A stretch of 64,000 nt of DNA, taken from Octopus vulgaris. Taxonomy: Eukaryota. A program made the translations under genes and the position numbers. Under the pieces are notes generated by a model. The model was not told where the DNA came from. It ran no database searches and saw only the letters and a list, made by a program, of their open reading frames with translations. How positions within the stretch are numbered: the first letter of the stretch is position 1; each line of letters begins with the position of its first letter. Positions 39,457 through 52,265 of the stretch are shown in pieces. The stretch lies in assembly GCA_951406725.2 (NCBI GenBank), contig OX597837.1, positions 24,614,001-24,678,000 of the forward strand, in the 5' to 3' direction.

Positions 39457-40485
39457 TTGAAACAGCAGCAATATATGACAAACAAATGCCTTTATGGGGA
39501 CTTGCCAAAAGGTAGCAAGAAGATCAGGTGAAGATGGCTGCGACTGTCTGATCGCTGCATGTGCCACCCTGGACAGAAGCATCCGAATTAGTCTTGTAGA
39601 ACCCACTTCATGGTAATGTAAGAAGAGAAAAACATTGTCACACTTACAATGCCAACTTGATCACAGACACTCAAGGTAGTGATGTTGGACTGAGAAGTGT
39701 GGCAGGTAGATTTTGTTGTTGTGGTCCAGGTTGGAACCCAGCCATAAAAAAAAAAAAACAGAAGTGGTGAAAACTGATCTCCAGGCACTACACCTGGCAA
39801 AGAAGATGACAAAGAATTGTGTCAACTGGTGATACAAGACACAGCACAAAATGCAGTCTTCTGCACCATCATCATCATCATCATCGTTTAACGTCCACTT
39901 TCCATGCTAGCATGGGTTGGACGATTTTGACTGAGGGCTGGCGAACCATATGGCTGCACCAGGCTCCAATCTTGATTTGGCAGAGTTTCTACAGTTGGAT
40001 GCCCTTCCTAACGCCAACCACTCAGAGAGCCAGCTAAAATAGTAGTTCGTGCATGCACCACTACCCACTGCATATTCTACACTCCTGCACATCTCCACCA
40101 TCTCTTCTCCCCACCATATATTATATCTTCTCATCTCTTCACCTCAAGCCATTTGTAATTCAAGGACCAGCATTTGACCTGTACAAAATAAATCCCTCAT
40201 CCTCCTCTATGTTCACATCTATATCTATTCACCTTCTTGGCCATGTTACAATGAATGTGCTCTGACTCTTCCTCCTCCTTTTCTATGTCCTCTTTTAATC
40301 TCTCCACTACCACCGTCTCTCAAAAATAAACACTCTGCCCCACATTATGTTGTAACTTCTCCCAAAATGCCCCTTACATACACAACAATAAATCTGTTCT
40401 GTGCAGCATGAAATAACTTCTCCCAACACATCGCCTAAAGTTATCACTCTATTATGTTCTCATTCGGTGGTGGGTACACTTTTAA

Positions 40486-40697
40486 CCCTTTAGCATTTAA
40501 ACTGGCCACATTCAACCAAAATATCCTGCCTCTTTTATTTTCAAACTGGCCAGATCTGGCTTTTCATACAATACCATTCTAAAAGTAAATAAACACAAAT
40601 TTTGAAATCTTAAAGCTTTGAGATAATGTATGATTAATTCAGAACAATGTGAATAAATAAGCATTACATTTGACAGAGTAATTTGAACACTAAAGGG
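40486..40697. mobile_element. TTAA-target MITE, family 2 (opposite orientation)
   Basis: TTAA|ccctttagcatt ... cactaaaggg|CTAA; interior is the reverse complement of 45727-45931. Confidence 0.75.
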
Positions 40698-40704
40698 CTA
40701 ACCT

Positions 40705-40934
40705 ATTTATTTATTGCTCACAAGGAGCTAAACACAGAGAGGACAAACAAGGACAGACAAAGGGATTAAGTTGATTATATCGACCCCAGTGCTTAACTGG
40801 TACTTATTTAATCGACCCCGAAAGGATGAAAGGCAAAGTCGACCTCGGCGGAATTTGAACTCAGAACGTAGCGGCAGACGAAATACCGCTAAGAATTTCA
40901 CCCGGCGTGCTAACGTTTCTACCAGCTCGCCGCC
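40705..40934 (-). mobile_element. SINE family B
   Basis: TSD ggctaacct. Confidence 0.88.
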
Positions 40935-41459
40935 TAAATGGCTAACCTGTGAGTGAGAAGATGTTTTAACTAGTGGTGATAGCACAAAAAAAAAACACCT
41001 CGTACACAATGTAAAGTGGTTGGTGAATTGAGCAGAGAACAACACAAGGTTTCAAAGAAGTCTTTACTCTCACTGGGGGTAACACAAATTCGCCCATGCT
41101 GGTGCCATGAAAGTGGTTGACAATAAGAATGGCATCTAGCCACATCATCATCATCATTTCAATATGGGTTTCAGTGTGACACAGAACGACAAAGCTGGCC
41201 CTTTGAAATACAGGTACAACTTATTTTTGCACGCAGAGTGGACTGGAGCAACAGGAAATAAAGTTGTCTTGCTCAAGGACACAATGTGCCACTGGGAATT
41301 GAACCCATGACCTTATGATCGTGAGCCGAATACCCTAACCACTAAGCCACAATGAGTAGTGGCTTACATAGCAATATTGATAATTGTAATAATAATTATG
41401 TGAGAGGAGACTGACACATGGTTTCAGATGGGGGGGTAGAGGTGAATATAGTGAATAAT

Positions 41460-41873
41460 GGCGGCGAGCTGGTAGAAACGTTAGCATGCCGGGCGAAATG
41501 CTTAGCGGTATTTCGTCTGTCATTACGTTCTGAGTTCAAATTCCGCCGAGGTCGACTTTGCCTTTCATCATTTCGGGGTCGATAAATAAAGTACTAGTTA
41601 CGCACTGGGGTCGATGTAATTGACTTAATCCCATTGTCTGTCCTTGTTTGTCCCCTCTATGTTTAGCCCCTTGTGGGTAATAAAGAAATAGGTATTTCGT
41701 CTGTCGTTACATTCTGAGTTCAAATTCCACTGAGGTCGACTTTGCCTTTCATCCTTTCGGGGTCAATAAATAAAGTACCAGTTTCGCACTGGGGTTGATG
41801 TAATCGACTTAATTCGTTTGTCTGTCCTAGTTTGTCCCCTCTATGTTTAGCCCCTTGTGGGCAGTAAAGAAAT
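41460..41873 (+). mobile_element. SINE family B with a tandem partial second copy
   Basis: Full copy followed at 41691 by a 5'-truncated copy, both inside one atatagtgaat flank pair. Confidence 0.85.
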
Positions 41874-42208
41874 ATATATAGTGAATGATGGACAAGGATT
41901 GGCCTGTGGTCAAAGTGAGTGGCAAACGAGGTGGAGGACAATCAATGAGAACGAGGTATGGCAGATGGAGCTCAGGGGAAATGATAAATAACAAGTGGAA
42001 CAGAAAGAGTGTTCAGTAGAAAATTAAGTGGAAACAGATGATAATGTGACAGGGATGGATGTCAAATGGAAGTGGTTCATGGCAGAGGGAGGACTGGTAA
42101 CTTAACTTCATGAGCAGGATGAGATATACAATTCTGCTTTCATACAATTACAGCAGTAGAATTGTGCCACAGTTAAATGGGGATGGGTGACAGGAAGATG
42201 AGAGATAA

Positions 42209-42438
42209 GGCGGCGAGCTGGCAGAAACGTTAGCACACAGGGCGAAATGCGTAGCCGTATTTCGTCTGCCGTTACGTTCTGAGTTCAAATTCCGCCGAGG
42301 TCGACTTTGCCTTTCATCCTTTCGGGGTCGATAAATTAAGTACCAGTTACACACTGGGGTCGATATAATCGACTTAATCCATTTGTCTGTCCTTGTTTGT
42401 TCCCTCTGTGTTTAGCCCCTTATGGGTAATAAAGAAAT
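42209..42438 (+). mobile_element. SINE family B
   Basis: TSD aggaagatgagaga. Confidence 0.88.
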
Positions 42439-42909
42439 AGGAAGATGAGAGAGTGGGAAAGGTTTGACAAAAATAGATTGGATCTGAGGGCAGGCCCCAG
42501 TTGTGTTTATTGATATAAATGTTTTTGGGACCTATTTTGCCATGATGCACAGATTTTCTTGAGCACAACATATCACCAATTATCATGGTCCTTTGTCATA
42601 TCTTTGATGATGTTCAACATCTTAAGATCGGTCTTCACCACTGTGTCCCATGTTTTTCTGAGTCTCCCTCTTCCATAGGTTCCATCCACATGTAGTAATT
42701 GTCAAGTGTTTATGCAGCTACCCTCATCCATACACATCACATGACCACACCAGCATAATTTTCACTCTTGCACAACGCATCTAATGCCTCTGACATCTAA
42801 TTTTTCTCTCAATACATTTGCACTTTGTTATACAATCACATGGACATTGCACATCCACCAGAGCATATTACTTCATTTCTTTATAGTCTTCGCTTGTTTT
42901 CTGCATTAA

Positions 42910-43938
42910 CCCTTTCGTTACTATATTTCTGACCAAAATACACCCCTTATGTGTTTCAATAAACAACTATAACTTTTTTATTTATCAATATATTAACGTG
43001 AATTTTGGAAGATAATTTAATGAAATGTTCTCAACCAATTCTATACTATAATTTTTGTCACAAAGTGACTCTAATTGCAGGTAGATACAGGTAAATTCAA
43101 CAAAATATAAAATTATTAAAATTTTGTTCAAACATCGTTATAGAAAATGGGTTATTAGCTAATATTCAATTGGATATACAACAAAATTTTACGATAGAAT
43201 TTGTTATTCTGGGTAACTTTCTGTTACCCATAATAATATTTATGGCAAAATAGTCTTAATTTCATTTAAGGTTATGGGACACCACTTTCTTTCGTTTTGT
43301 TTACATTTAGCGTAACGGTTCGTTTCCGCCGTAATGATTTCAAATAGGCTCATTCGAAAAAGTAAAAAGAAACAGTCTAAGGCTTTACTCTTCTGGGAAA
43401 GTCTGTGGCTTGGTCCAGTTTCTTCAGAAAAATCACCGAAAGAAACAGTTTTTAAATTTTCACTCCATTCAGGTGCCAATTCATTTTCTTTATCGCTGTC
43501 GGAGCACTCGGATTCACTGTTTTCACTTTCGGAAAATGAAACATCAGATTCATTATCAAATACCACATGCTTTTTTTTTTCAGTCATAGAGTTAGATTTA
43601 TGAAGGTCTTCAGTAGAAAATCCTTCGAATTCTGACTCGCTGCTTGATATAATGAAATTTGTATCCATTTTTTGTCAGAATTACAAATTTTGAAAACACA
43701 ATAGGAACAAATTTTGGAAAAAAAATCTCCCAAAATTCACGGAATTCAAATTACACTTCGATTTTTGTACAAAACTGTAGATGAACTGTTTACGAAGTAT
43801 AATACGTGTTTTCACGAATGTACTAAAGAGATTTGCTCTGATATTCTCATTTAAATATGAATAGGTAAATTCGGGCGGTTTTGGGCAGCTTGGTCACATT
43901 AACCAAAATTTTTTTCAGGCGGTTTGGTAACGAAAGGG
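42910..43938 (-). mobile_element. Internally deleted piggyBac element with transposase N-terminus
   Basis: TTAA TSDs; 12-bp perfect TIR ccctttcgttac/gtaacgaaaggg. ORF 43240-43668 has an acidic N-terminus plus LFEIITAETNRYA...W.PIT..EIK. Splits the RTE codons W-A-L-N-A-E at the TTAA. Confidence 0.9.
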
Positions 43939-44993
43939 TTAAGGGCCCATGTATAAACAACCATGTAGTATTACTGTTTGTACAGAAGCATCATACAATC
44001 TGCATTTCACTCTGACAGAGAGGAATTTTGTTACCAGCAGAGGTAATAGTTCTGTGAACTGTCTGCAGACAGTTCTTGTTGAAGCAACTATACCTTCAGA
44101 ACATCCCCCTCACTAACAATAAGGCCACCAACAGAAATTATCTACTACCCCTAAGATTCCTTCTAAGCATTCAAGAAAATCCATTCCCGATTATTGCTCT
44201 TGCACATCTACCTCATACATAGTTTACTTTCTCTGTTAACCTTCCTGATTCCACAGCACCTCTTGCATATCCTTAGTTTGTATTTGGTACATCATATGGA
44301 ATTTTAACCTACATATTTTCTACATATCAAGCAGGATCATTTGCTTGAAAGGCGTAGAGAACTGTCCGTTTTTCTGCTTACTTTAGTTGTTGCTCAGTTA
44401 TCTTTAAGGCCCTTTCATTCCAAGTTTTGCTCCTATATCTGTAATTTCTACAGATACAGCGTTAAGAATGAAGTCATCAGCATGTAGCAACAACTCATCT
44501 GAAATTCCTGCTATGGCCTAGAAAACAATGATGAATATGAGGAGACTGAGAACTGAGCCCTACACACTAAATTTATTGTACTCTTTGCTAATTCACCTTA
44601 CTGACAGCACCCCTGTACAAGGCTATCATAAACCATTTGCCTCCTCCTAGCTTCCTTAGTAACCACCAAATCACAGAGCAAGGGACCCTGTAAAAGGCTT
44701 TCTTCAGGTCAACAAATGCCAAGTGCAGTGATTTACTCTGAGCCAAATAGTTCTCTTGCAGTTGCCTTATTAGGAAAAGAGCATTAGTAGTACTTCTCCT
44801 TGGCATAAAATCAAATTGCATCTCATTTAGGCTAACTCTCTTCCCAGATAACCATGCTATAAGTCTTTCTGTAACTTTCGTGACCCAGTCCAACAATTTG
44901 ATCCCACTGTAATTGCTTTTCTCTAAGGCATCTCCTATATCTTTGTAACAGCTGACTATAATGCTGCTACACCAGTCATTGGCTATGATACCT

Positions 44994-45224
44994 ATTTCTT
45001 TACTACCCACAAGGGACTAAACACAGAGGGGACAAACAAGGACAGACAAACGGATTAAGTCGATTACATCGACACCAGTGCGTAACTGGTACTTTATTTA
45101 TCGACCCCAAAAGGATGAAAGGCAAAGTCGACCTCGGCGGAATTTGAACTCAAAACGTAATGGCAGACAAAATACGGCTACGCATTTCGCCCTGTGTGCT
45201 AACGTTTCTGCCAGCTCGCCGCCT
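44994..45224 (-). mobile_element. SINE family B inserted in an RTE
   Basis: TSD tgataccta. Confidence 0.88.
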
Positions 45225-45401
45225 TTGATACCTACCTGCACAACCTAAATGACTATGCAGGTAACAAAGCTGTATCAAACTCTGTCAGATATTCTAAGCA
45301 TTCTCAATGGTAATTCCTGGTGGACCAGGGGCCTTTTTGTTTACTTTTAGTTTTGATTATTTATTTCTATATTTTTATGTTTGCTTTTTGTTTTATTCCA
45401 G

Positions 45402-45604
45402 ATTAAGTTTGGAACTTTGTCTGACTATTTCAATGCAATCTACAAGAAGCATAAAATTGCACCTGGGGATCCTCCCCCAAACATACCTTCACTGTCAGGC
45501 GATTTCTTCACCTATGCTGATCGAGATGACCACTACTGGAGTGGCTACTATACCTCGCGCCCCTTCCAGAAGGTTCTTGACCGAGAGATGGAACACCAGC
45601 TGCG
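45402..45604 (+). CDS. MAN2A: Internal exon of Golgi alpha-mannosidase II (GH38, MAN2A1/MAN2A2-like)
   Basis: Pyrimidine tract plus ttccag acceptor, CG|gtaagc donor. Translates [10 protein letters not shown]...[37 protein letters not shown](R), the conserved mannosidase II FFTYADR..HYWSGY.TSRPF motif. 203 nt, phase 0 to phase 2. Confidence 0.96.
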
Positions 45605-45726
45605 GTAAGCCGAATACTTGCCATCCAACTGGTTATAATTGGTTGTTGATGTTTAGTCCAAGGTCAAATGAATCAAGCAAACCTAGGACCAAAGGCATTA
45701 ATGGCTATGACCATTTCATCCCTTAA

Positions 45727-45931
45727 CCCTTTAGCATTCAGATTGCTCTGTCAAATGTAATGCTTATTTATTTACATTGAGTTGAATTAATCATGTAGCT
45801 TTGAGAGTTCAATGATGCAGTTATTCATTTTTAGAATGACATTGTAGGGTTGGTGTGAGAAGCCAAATCTGACCAATTAGAATGTAAAACAAATATTTGC
45901 ACTGGATATGATTGGCTCAAATACTAAAGGG
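45727..45931. mobile_element. TTAA-target MITE, family 2
   Basis: TTAA|ccctttagcatt ... aatactaaaggg|TTAA. Confidence 0.8.
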
Positions 45932-46576
45932 TTAACGAGATACAGAATTTATGTAATTTATTGTGTCCTTGCTTTTTTTAAGATTGTAAAATGTAAGTTG
46001 AGGGAGATTTAGCTTTAGCCCTTCAAAAGTCCATATACAGGATTCTCATTGACTCATCATCTGACCAGTTGTAACTAGCTGTTGGTGTTTAGCCACAGTT
46101 CAGTCTTTATTGAGCAGACCTTTGACCAAATGCACTCTATAAATGACTTTCTCATCATTTTGATATACCTTTTACTTTTTTAAGAAAGTTGTGTTTGCGT
46201 CAAAGGAGATTTGGCTGCTATTTCTATTAGTTCCAACTACCTTTTTTGGCAATTGTAGACATGCATAAGACAGTAGGTTTGATTTGAGGGAGCTTTGACT
46301 ACCTTTTCTATCAAGTCATTTTATCTCCCTGAGTTGTTTAAATGTACATATATGTATACATAAGACAAAAGGGTGTGATTTGAGAGATTTTTGGCATACA
46401 TTGTGTCAGTTTTAGCAACTGTTTAGTGATCTACTTCATACATGTATATGGACATTATTTCAACATTTCTTCCAACATACAATTGCACATCAAGGATCTT
46501 GCAAACAAATACAAAAATTGTGTGTGTGTGTGTAAATATATATGTGTGTATGTATGTATATATATGTATGTGTGTG

Positions 46577-46608
<32 letters not shown>

Positions 46609-46817
46609 GAATATGGGGTTCACTTGTGATCTAAACAAATAAACAAATAGGTATGCTGAGTAAATGATGTAATAGATTATCAGGGTTCCAAGCACGTAAC
46701 CATTTTACATTGTTGATTTAGCAGATATATATTTGTGAAAGAGGACAACGAATGCTGAGGCACAACAAGCATCTCAAGTCATATACATTATTTCATATTA
46801 TTCTGAAATTAGTTGAG

Positions 46818-46893
46818 GTGTTACAGCTGTTTCTGGATATCCCAAGTGGTAGGCAAGTGATGCCTGAATGTTGGGTACTCTGTCATCAGAGAC
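46818..46893 (-). ncRNA. Degenerate hammerhead motif (left arm of the same inverted repeat)
   Basis: Minus strand GTCT-CTGATGA...GAAA-CAGCTG-TA-ACAC. Core intact, but stems I and II carry mismatches. Confidence 0.5.
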
Positions 46894-47031
46894 AAGTAGA
46901 GAACATAGGAAAGATCTAGACACGGAAATATTCAGATAAAAGATCTAGACATGGAAAATTTGCAGATAATAAGCAATGAAATAGAAGAATAGAGAGTAAG
47001 GAAATAAAGATCTTTCATATGTTCTTTACTT

Positions 47032-47107
47032 GTCTCTGATGATGGAATGCCCCATATTCAGGCATACTCACCTATCATTTGGGACATCTCAGAAACAGCT
47101 GTAAGAC
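47032..47107 (+). ncRNA. Type I hammerhead ribozyme motif (right arm of an inverted repeat)
   Basis: GTCT-CTGATGA-(imperfect stem II tggaatgcccca/tgggacatctca)-GAAA-CAGCTG-TA-AGAC. Stem I GUCU/AGAC; palindromic ACAGCUGU stem III. Confidence 0.65.
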
Positions 47108-47278
47108 CTCAACTAATTCAAGAATAATATAAAATAATGTATATGACTTGAGATGCTTGATGTGCCTCTGCATTTGTTGTCTTCTGATCGATACCTTTGG
47201 CAATGTGCTCTGCTTAAGAGGATTCATCAAGCCAGGTGCACCTGTACTGGTGGCACATAAAACATTCAACCTTTGAAC

Positions 47279-47466
47279 ATTGGGCTTCATGGAGGCAAAG
47301 TGGCTGAGTTCCTTTTGAGTATTGGGCTTCATGGAGGCAAAGTGGCTGAGTTCCTTTTGAGTATTGGGCTTCATGGAGGCAAAGTGGCTGAGTTCCTTTT
47401 GAGTATTGGGTCACATGCAGGCAAAGTGGCTGAGTTCCTTTTGAGTGTTGGGCCTCATGGAGGCAC
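47279..47466. repeat. 42-bp tandem repeat x~4.5 within an RTE 3' region
   Basis: Unit attgggcttcatggaggcaaagtggctgagttccttttgagt. Confidence 0.92.
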
Positions 47467-47755
47467 TGACCAAAACCTTTGGCATTATGTTGTGCTTGAA
47501 AAGAAGATCCATCAAACTGAGCAAAATCGCAGTTGTGGCAGATACCGGTGTCATGCAAATGGTACCTATGCCAGTGGTGAAAGCACCCATTATGCTCTCA
47601 GAGTGGTTGATGTTAGGAAAGGCATCCAGCCATAGAAAACCATACCAAATCAGACTGGAGCCTGGCACAGTCTTCCAGTATGCCAGCCCAGTCAAACCAT
47701 CCAACCCATGCCAGCATGGACAACAGACGTTAAATGATGATGATGATGATATATA

Positions 47756-48510
47756 CAGGGTGTTTGGGCTAAATTTGGCAGTTTGCATATAAGGAAAAGA
47801 AAACAATATCCCATCCAAAGATAAAGATATTCTAAAGAAAATCAAAGTACATTATGGCTAGGAAGTAACATTTTACCCAAATTAGCTACCTGCAGCTTCT
47901 GTCACAGCCTCTAGATAACTCTGGAACCTCGCACATGCATTCCTTATTGTGTCCTTGGAAAGATCTTTGAAAACCTCTTTGATCTTGGCCACAAGCTCGG
48001 GCCAGGTGTTGCAGACAGAGTGGTAGATGCCTTTCTCAATGACACCTCATACATAATAATCCTTAGGATTACAACTGGAGAAATTCAGAGGCCAAAAAGT
48101 GGGGCCGGTGAAGCCATACAAATTCTCCAACAGCCACTTCTGACTTTTTCCAGAGTCAAGGCAAGGAACTGAATCCTACTGCCACACACATGGCCTTTCA
48201 GCAGCAGTCCCCTACAGCCAGAGTTTGACTACAGTCTCAGCAGCTTCACATAGCTGTCTAAATTAAGCCTAATCCCCTGTTCACCAGTTGTTGGATGAAA
48301 TTCAACATGCGGACATGTCACAATGCCTACTGTGTCCTTCTTGCTCACTTTGTAGCTTTTGCTGCAGCTGTCCATGCCATATCTTATAGCCTATGAAGTG
48401 TTCACAGAGCATTGAACAGGAGTTAGGATGTTGGCATTTTGACACCCAGCATCAATCATCATCAGTCCTCCATGTCAACTAACTTTTTCTCACCTCTTTA
48501 ATCTTTATGC
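47756..48510 (-). mobile_element. Second maT (DD37D)-type relic
   Basis: TA|CAGGGTG terminus; minus-strand VWQ*DSVPC...FWPLNFSSCNPKDYY with 37 residues between the Asp residues; homologous to 3603-4460. Confidence 0.72.
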
Positions 48511-49881
48511 TCACCAACACTGTCCACCAAGACATCAAGCTAACAAAATAAGAACCACTTTTCACACACTTTACCTCAACAAACCAAACCACATCTCTTC
48601 ACTTCCTCCCATTTCCTATGCTTATGCTTATCTCTCACTCCCCAATCCTGTCATCTCCCACTCCCTCTATATACCCAGTTTTCAACAGTCACTGCATTCC
48701 CCACCCCCACACTCCTTACATTCCTACTCATACACCTTTGGCAATACCTTACCATTTATATTCTGAACCCCATACCTTGACGGTATGCCATAGCACTTCA
48801 CCACCATCTATCTCTCTCTTGCTCTGTTCTACCATCCCATCTATATTCTGATTCCACTTCCTTCTCAGTATGCCCTGGCACTTCTCCACCATCTCTCTCC
48901 TCTGCTCTCTCTCTCTTTCTCTCTCTCTCTTTCTCTCTCCCTCTCACTGGTTAACCATGTATCTCCTCTACAGCCACACACCTGTTTCTGTCCTCATTCT
49001 TGATCACTTCCCACCTCTGGCCAAGTAACCATGTATCTCTTTAGCAAGTCACCTGTTTCTATCTCTCTTTCACACTCTAACCTTTCATAATCTGGCACAA
49101 GATCACCCCCCTCCAATGCTCTCTCCCCTCTCAAAAGATCTTTGTCTTGCGAGTTACTCAGTGCCCATACCAATGCTGATACCATGTAAAAGCATCCAGT
49201 CTATATTGTAAAGTGGTTGGCATTTGGAAGGGCATCCAGCTGTAAAAATCATGCCAGAACTGACCTTGCCTATGCTGGTGCCATGTCCACTCTCTGGGAT
49301 GGTTGGTGTTAGGAAGGGCATCTAGTCATATAAACCATGCAAAAACAGAGACTGAAGCTTGGTGCAGTCTTCCGTCCAGCCAGTTTCTCTCAAACCATCC
49401 AACACATGCCAGCATGGAAAGGATGATGAAGATGATGATGATAATATTCCTTTAAAAATGAGACATAAAAATAATGAAAGTTAGCCCAAACCCTCTGTAT
49501 ATATATCTTTACCTCTAACGATATATTGAAAAATAATTTGGAGATGATGTTGAAACTATTAGCAGCTTCAACATTTTCATAAGCTAGAATTACCCTGGAA
49601 ATGGCTTTTTTTGTCTGTATGAAAACACTAAGAACATTCTCTCTTACTCTCTATTCCTAAATTACCACCATTATAAAAAGTAAAAATAAAAAAACACTCC
49701 ATGAATTTCATTCAGACTGTAGGTTGTAATTTCAGGGAGATTGGCTGCTATTTCTAGCATATTTAGCTACCATTTAGAGGTTTCCCTGTTAGCTCGTACA
49801 TACATACATACTTAAGATCAAAGGGTGTGATTTGAGGAAGATTTGACTGCTATTTCTAGCAGTTCAAGTGACTGTATAGAG

Positions 49882-50143
49882 TAAGAGTTCTCAACCATTT
49901 CTTACCTGTGGACACCTTTGATTACTATTTCATTCTGGTGGACCCCAAAGCCATTCAAAGTTTTGTTGGTTGAACTACGTAAAATGTTAGAGAAAGAAAC
50001 CTAACTGTTTCTGCAATACTTACCAATACATACATCTAAAGCAAAATTCTTTCAGGGGCCTTCAAAATACTATTGTAGATCCCTAATTTACTATTTTGCT
50101 GCATGGCCTCTGGTTTTATCTGGACCCTGGTTGAGAACCCCTG
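49882..50143. mobile_element. hAT-like MITE
   Basis: Decayed left TIR taagagttctcaacc, right TIR ggttgagaacccctg. Confidence 0.55.
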
Positions 50144-50294
50144 ATGTAGTGTCTTTATAGCATTTGTAGGTGGTCTGTGCTGTGACATTGTCTTTTCAGT
50201 TGCCTTGATTTTGCTTACATTCATGGAATGCATTTTTATGAAATGTCAGGTGTCAGGCGTGTGTCTTATATCTTGTATTGTGTCTGTTATACAG

Positions 50295-50477
50295 GGGTGC
50301 TGAGATCCTTTTCTTCCTGGTCAGTCGATACCTTAAGATACATGATGGCAGCAAATTCCCTCTCATAGAGTTCATGCAGAGTCTGGTTAATGCTCGACGG
50401 AACCTTGCACTGTTTCAGCACCATGATGGTATTACGGGGACTTCCAAAGACGTCGTAGTTGACGACTATGGTGACAG
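50295..50477 (+). CDS. MAN2A: Next internal exon of alpha-mannosidase II
   Basis: tatacag acceptor; first G completes CG+G=Arg from the previous exon. Translates GAEILFF...ARRNLALFQHHDGITGTSKDVVVDDYGD(R), with the GH38 Zn-binding FQHHDGITGT motif. AG|gtttgt donor, 183 nt. Confidence 0.96.
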
Positions 50478-50549
50478 GTTTGTATCGTTGTCTGCTTGTT
50501 TATTCTGTGCATATATGTATGTGTCTGTATATGTAATATATACTAGGTA

Positions 50550-52190
50550 GATTTAGCCACAGGAGAAGTAGAAAGAAAGAAGTCTGCTGGTGGTCTGCAG
50601 CATGAGGACCAGGGACTTGAGGTGTTTTGGATTGCAAGACAGTGTATCAGAGAGAATTGTGATGCTGCAGGAGAGAAGAGTGCATTTGCAGTTAGTTATT
50701 CTGCAAAGAAAGAGGCTTGGAGATTCCACTATGTGAGGCTGTTAAATGTTGAGAACACATGTGAGAAGAGGAGTCTGTCCAATGTGGATCCAACAGAGGA
50801 ACCAGCTATCCAAATAGACAGTAGCTTGACTGATAAAGCAATTGAAGATATGAAAGCAAAGAAAGCCCCTAGCCCTTCAGAAATCACTGCTGATATGGCC
50901 TAGTTATCTGTAGAGTTAATCATGTTATCGACAATGGAGTCATACCCAATGGCTGGTGTAGCAGCAACTGCTACAATGGTAAAGGCGACACCTTAGATAG
51001 AAACAATTACAGAGGTATCAAATTGGTGGACCAGATGATGAAAGTTACAGAGATGGTCATAGTTCAACTAATTAGGTTCAACTAATAAGAGAGTTAGCTT
51101 CGATGAGATGCAGTTTGGTTTTGTACCTGGTAGGAGAAACATGTAGCCAAAAATAAACCTGTATTTGGCTTTTGTTGACATATAGAAAACCTTTGTTAGG
51201 GTCCCCTGCTCCCTTATCTACTGGTCAATGCAAAAGCTAGGGATAGATGAGTGTACAATCCATGTACAGAATGATGTCAGTAAGGTGAAGGTTGGTAATG
51301 AGTATAGCAATGAATTTAGTAGGAGTTCACCAAGGATCAGTTCTCGTCCCCCTTTTGTTTATCATAATCCACCAAGCAATAACAGAGGGATTTAAGATCC
51401 CTTGGGAGCTCCTCTATGCTGATGATCTTGTTTTTATAACTGAATTACTACCCAAACTAGAGAGGAAATTTCAGGTATGGAAGCAAAGTCTGGAATCTAA
51501 AGGCCTTAGACAAATCACAAGTCCCTTCAGAAAAATGGCTTTGCTTGATATGTAAGAAGGGTGTTGGTAAAAACTCCATATGTACTCGGTGCAAGCTTTG
51601 GACACGTAAGAGGTGTATTGGTGTCACAGGAAGGTTAACAATGAAAGTAGTCTTTGTGTGTGGCAAATGTGCAGGTACAATAAATACTAAGAATGTGAAA
51701 GGCAGATTGTATTATGCCTGTGTACATACAGCTATGTTACCTGGTCAGAAAAGTTTTAAAATTTCTGGTCTGGAGATTTTTCACTCAAAGATGACCTACA
51801 TTCTAGTCGACCTACTGAAGTTGATGATGACCGGATCAAAGCCATAATTGAATCTGATTGTCATATAACTGTGTGAAAGATTGCAGAGAGGCTAAATGTA
51901 TTATACATAATTTGAAATCACTTAAAATGTTTTGGATTCGTTAACAGAGAAGACTACATTGGTTTGGACATGTGATGCGTATGAATGAGGACAGCTGCAT
52001 AAAGAAGTGCCTATCACTAAAAGTGGATGATAACCACAGAAGAGTGAGACCCAGGAAGACATGGGATGAAGTGGTAAGGACCGATCTCAGGATGTTGGGC
52101 TTCATGGAGAAAATGACAATGGACCAAGATGTCTGACATTATGAGGTTCTAGAAAAGACCTGCCCACGTCAGTGAAACTGAGTTCTAGAA
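50550..52190 (+). mobile_element. RTE LINE relic
   Basis: KAPSPSEIT, NYRGIKL, GVHQGSVL.PLLF, LLYADDL, C..C motifs, WFGHVMRM. Confidence 0.88.
51741..51935 (+). mobile_element. Mariner HTH fragment embedded in an RTE relic
   Basis: Translates SGDFSLKDDLHSSRPTEVDDDRIKAIIESDCHITV*KIAERLNV. Confidence 0.7.
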
Positions 52191-52265
52191 GTGCTGTGTG
52201 TCCCACCCATACTTAACAAAACTTCTTGCACACTCTACCACAACAAATCAAGCTACATTTCTACA

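Larger units (their letters stand above)
42590..45340 (-). mobile_element. RTE LINE relic (abundant family), interrupted by piggyBac and a SINE
   Basis: RT motifs NYSGIKLL, QFDFMPRRSTTNALF, AFVDLKKAFYRVP, HADD, LYDASVQ..LHG. Confidence 0.88.
46741..47184. mobile_element. Inverted-repeat element (~177-bp arms, ~90-bp spacer), Penelope pLTR-like
   Basis: 46741-46917 is the imperfect reverse complement of 47008-47184; each arm carries a hammerhead core. Confidence 0.65.

Noticed and set aside
47075-47635. ORFs with 14-aa repeats
   Set aside because: Produced by the 42-bp tandem repeat in several frames on both strands.
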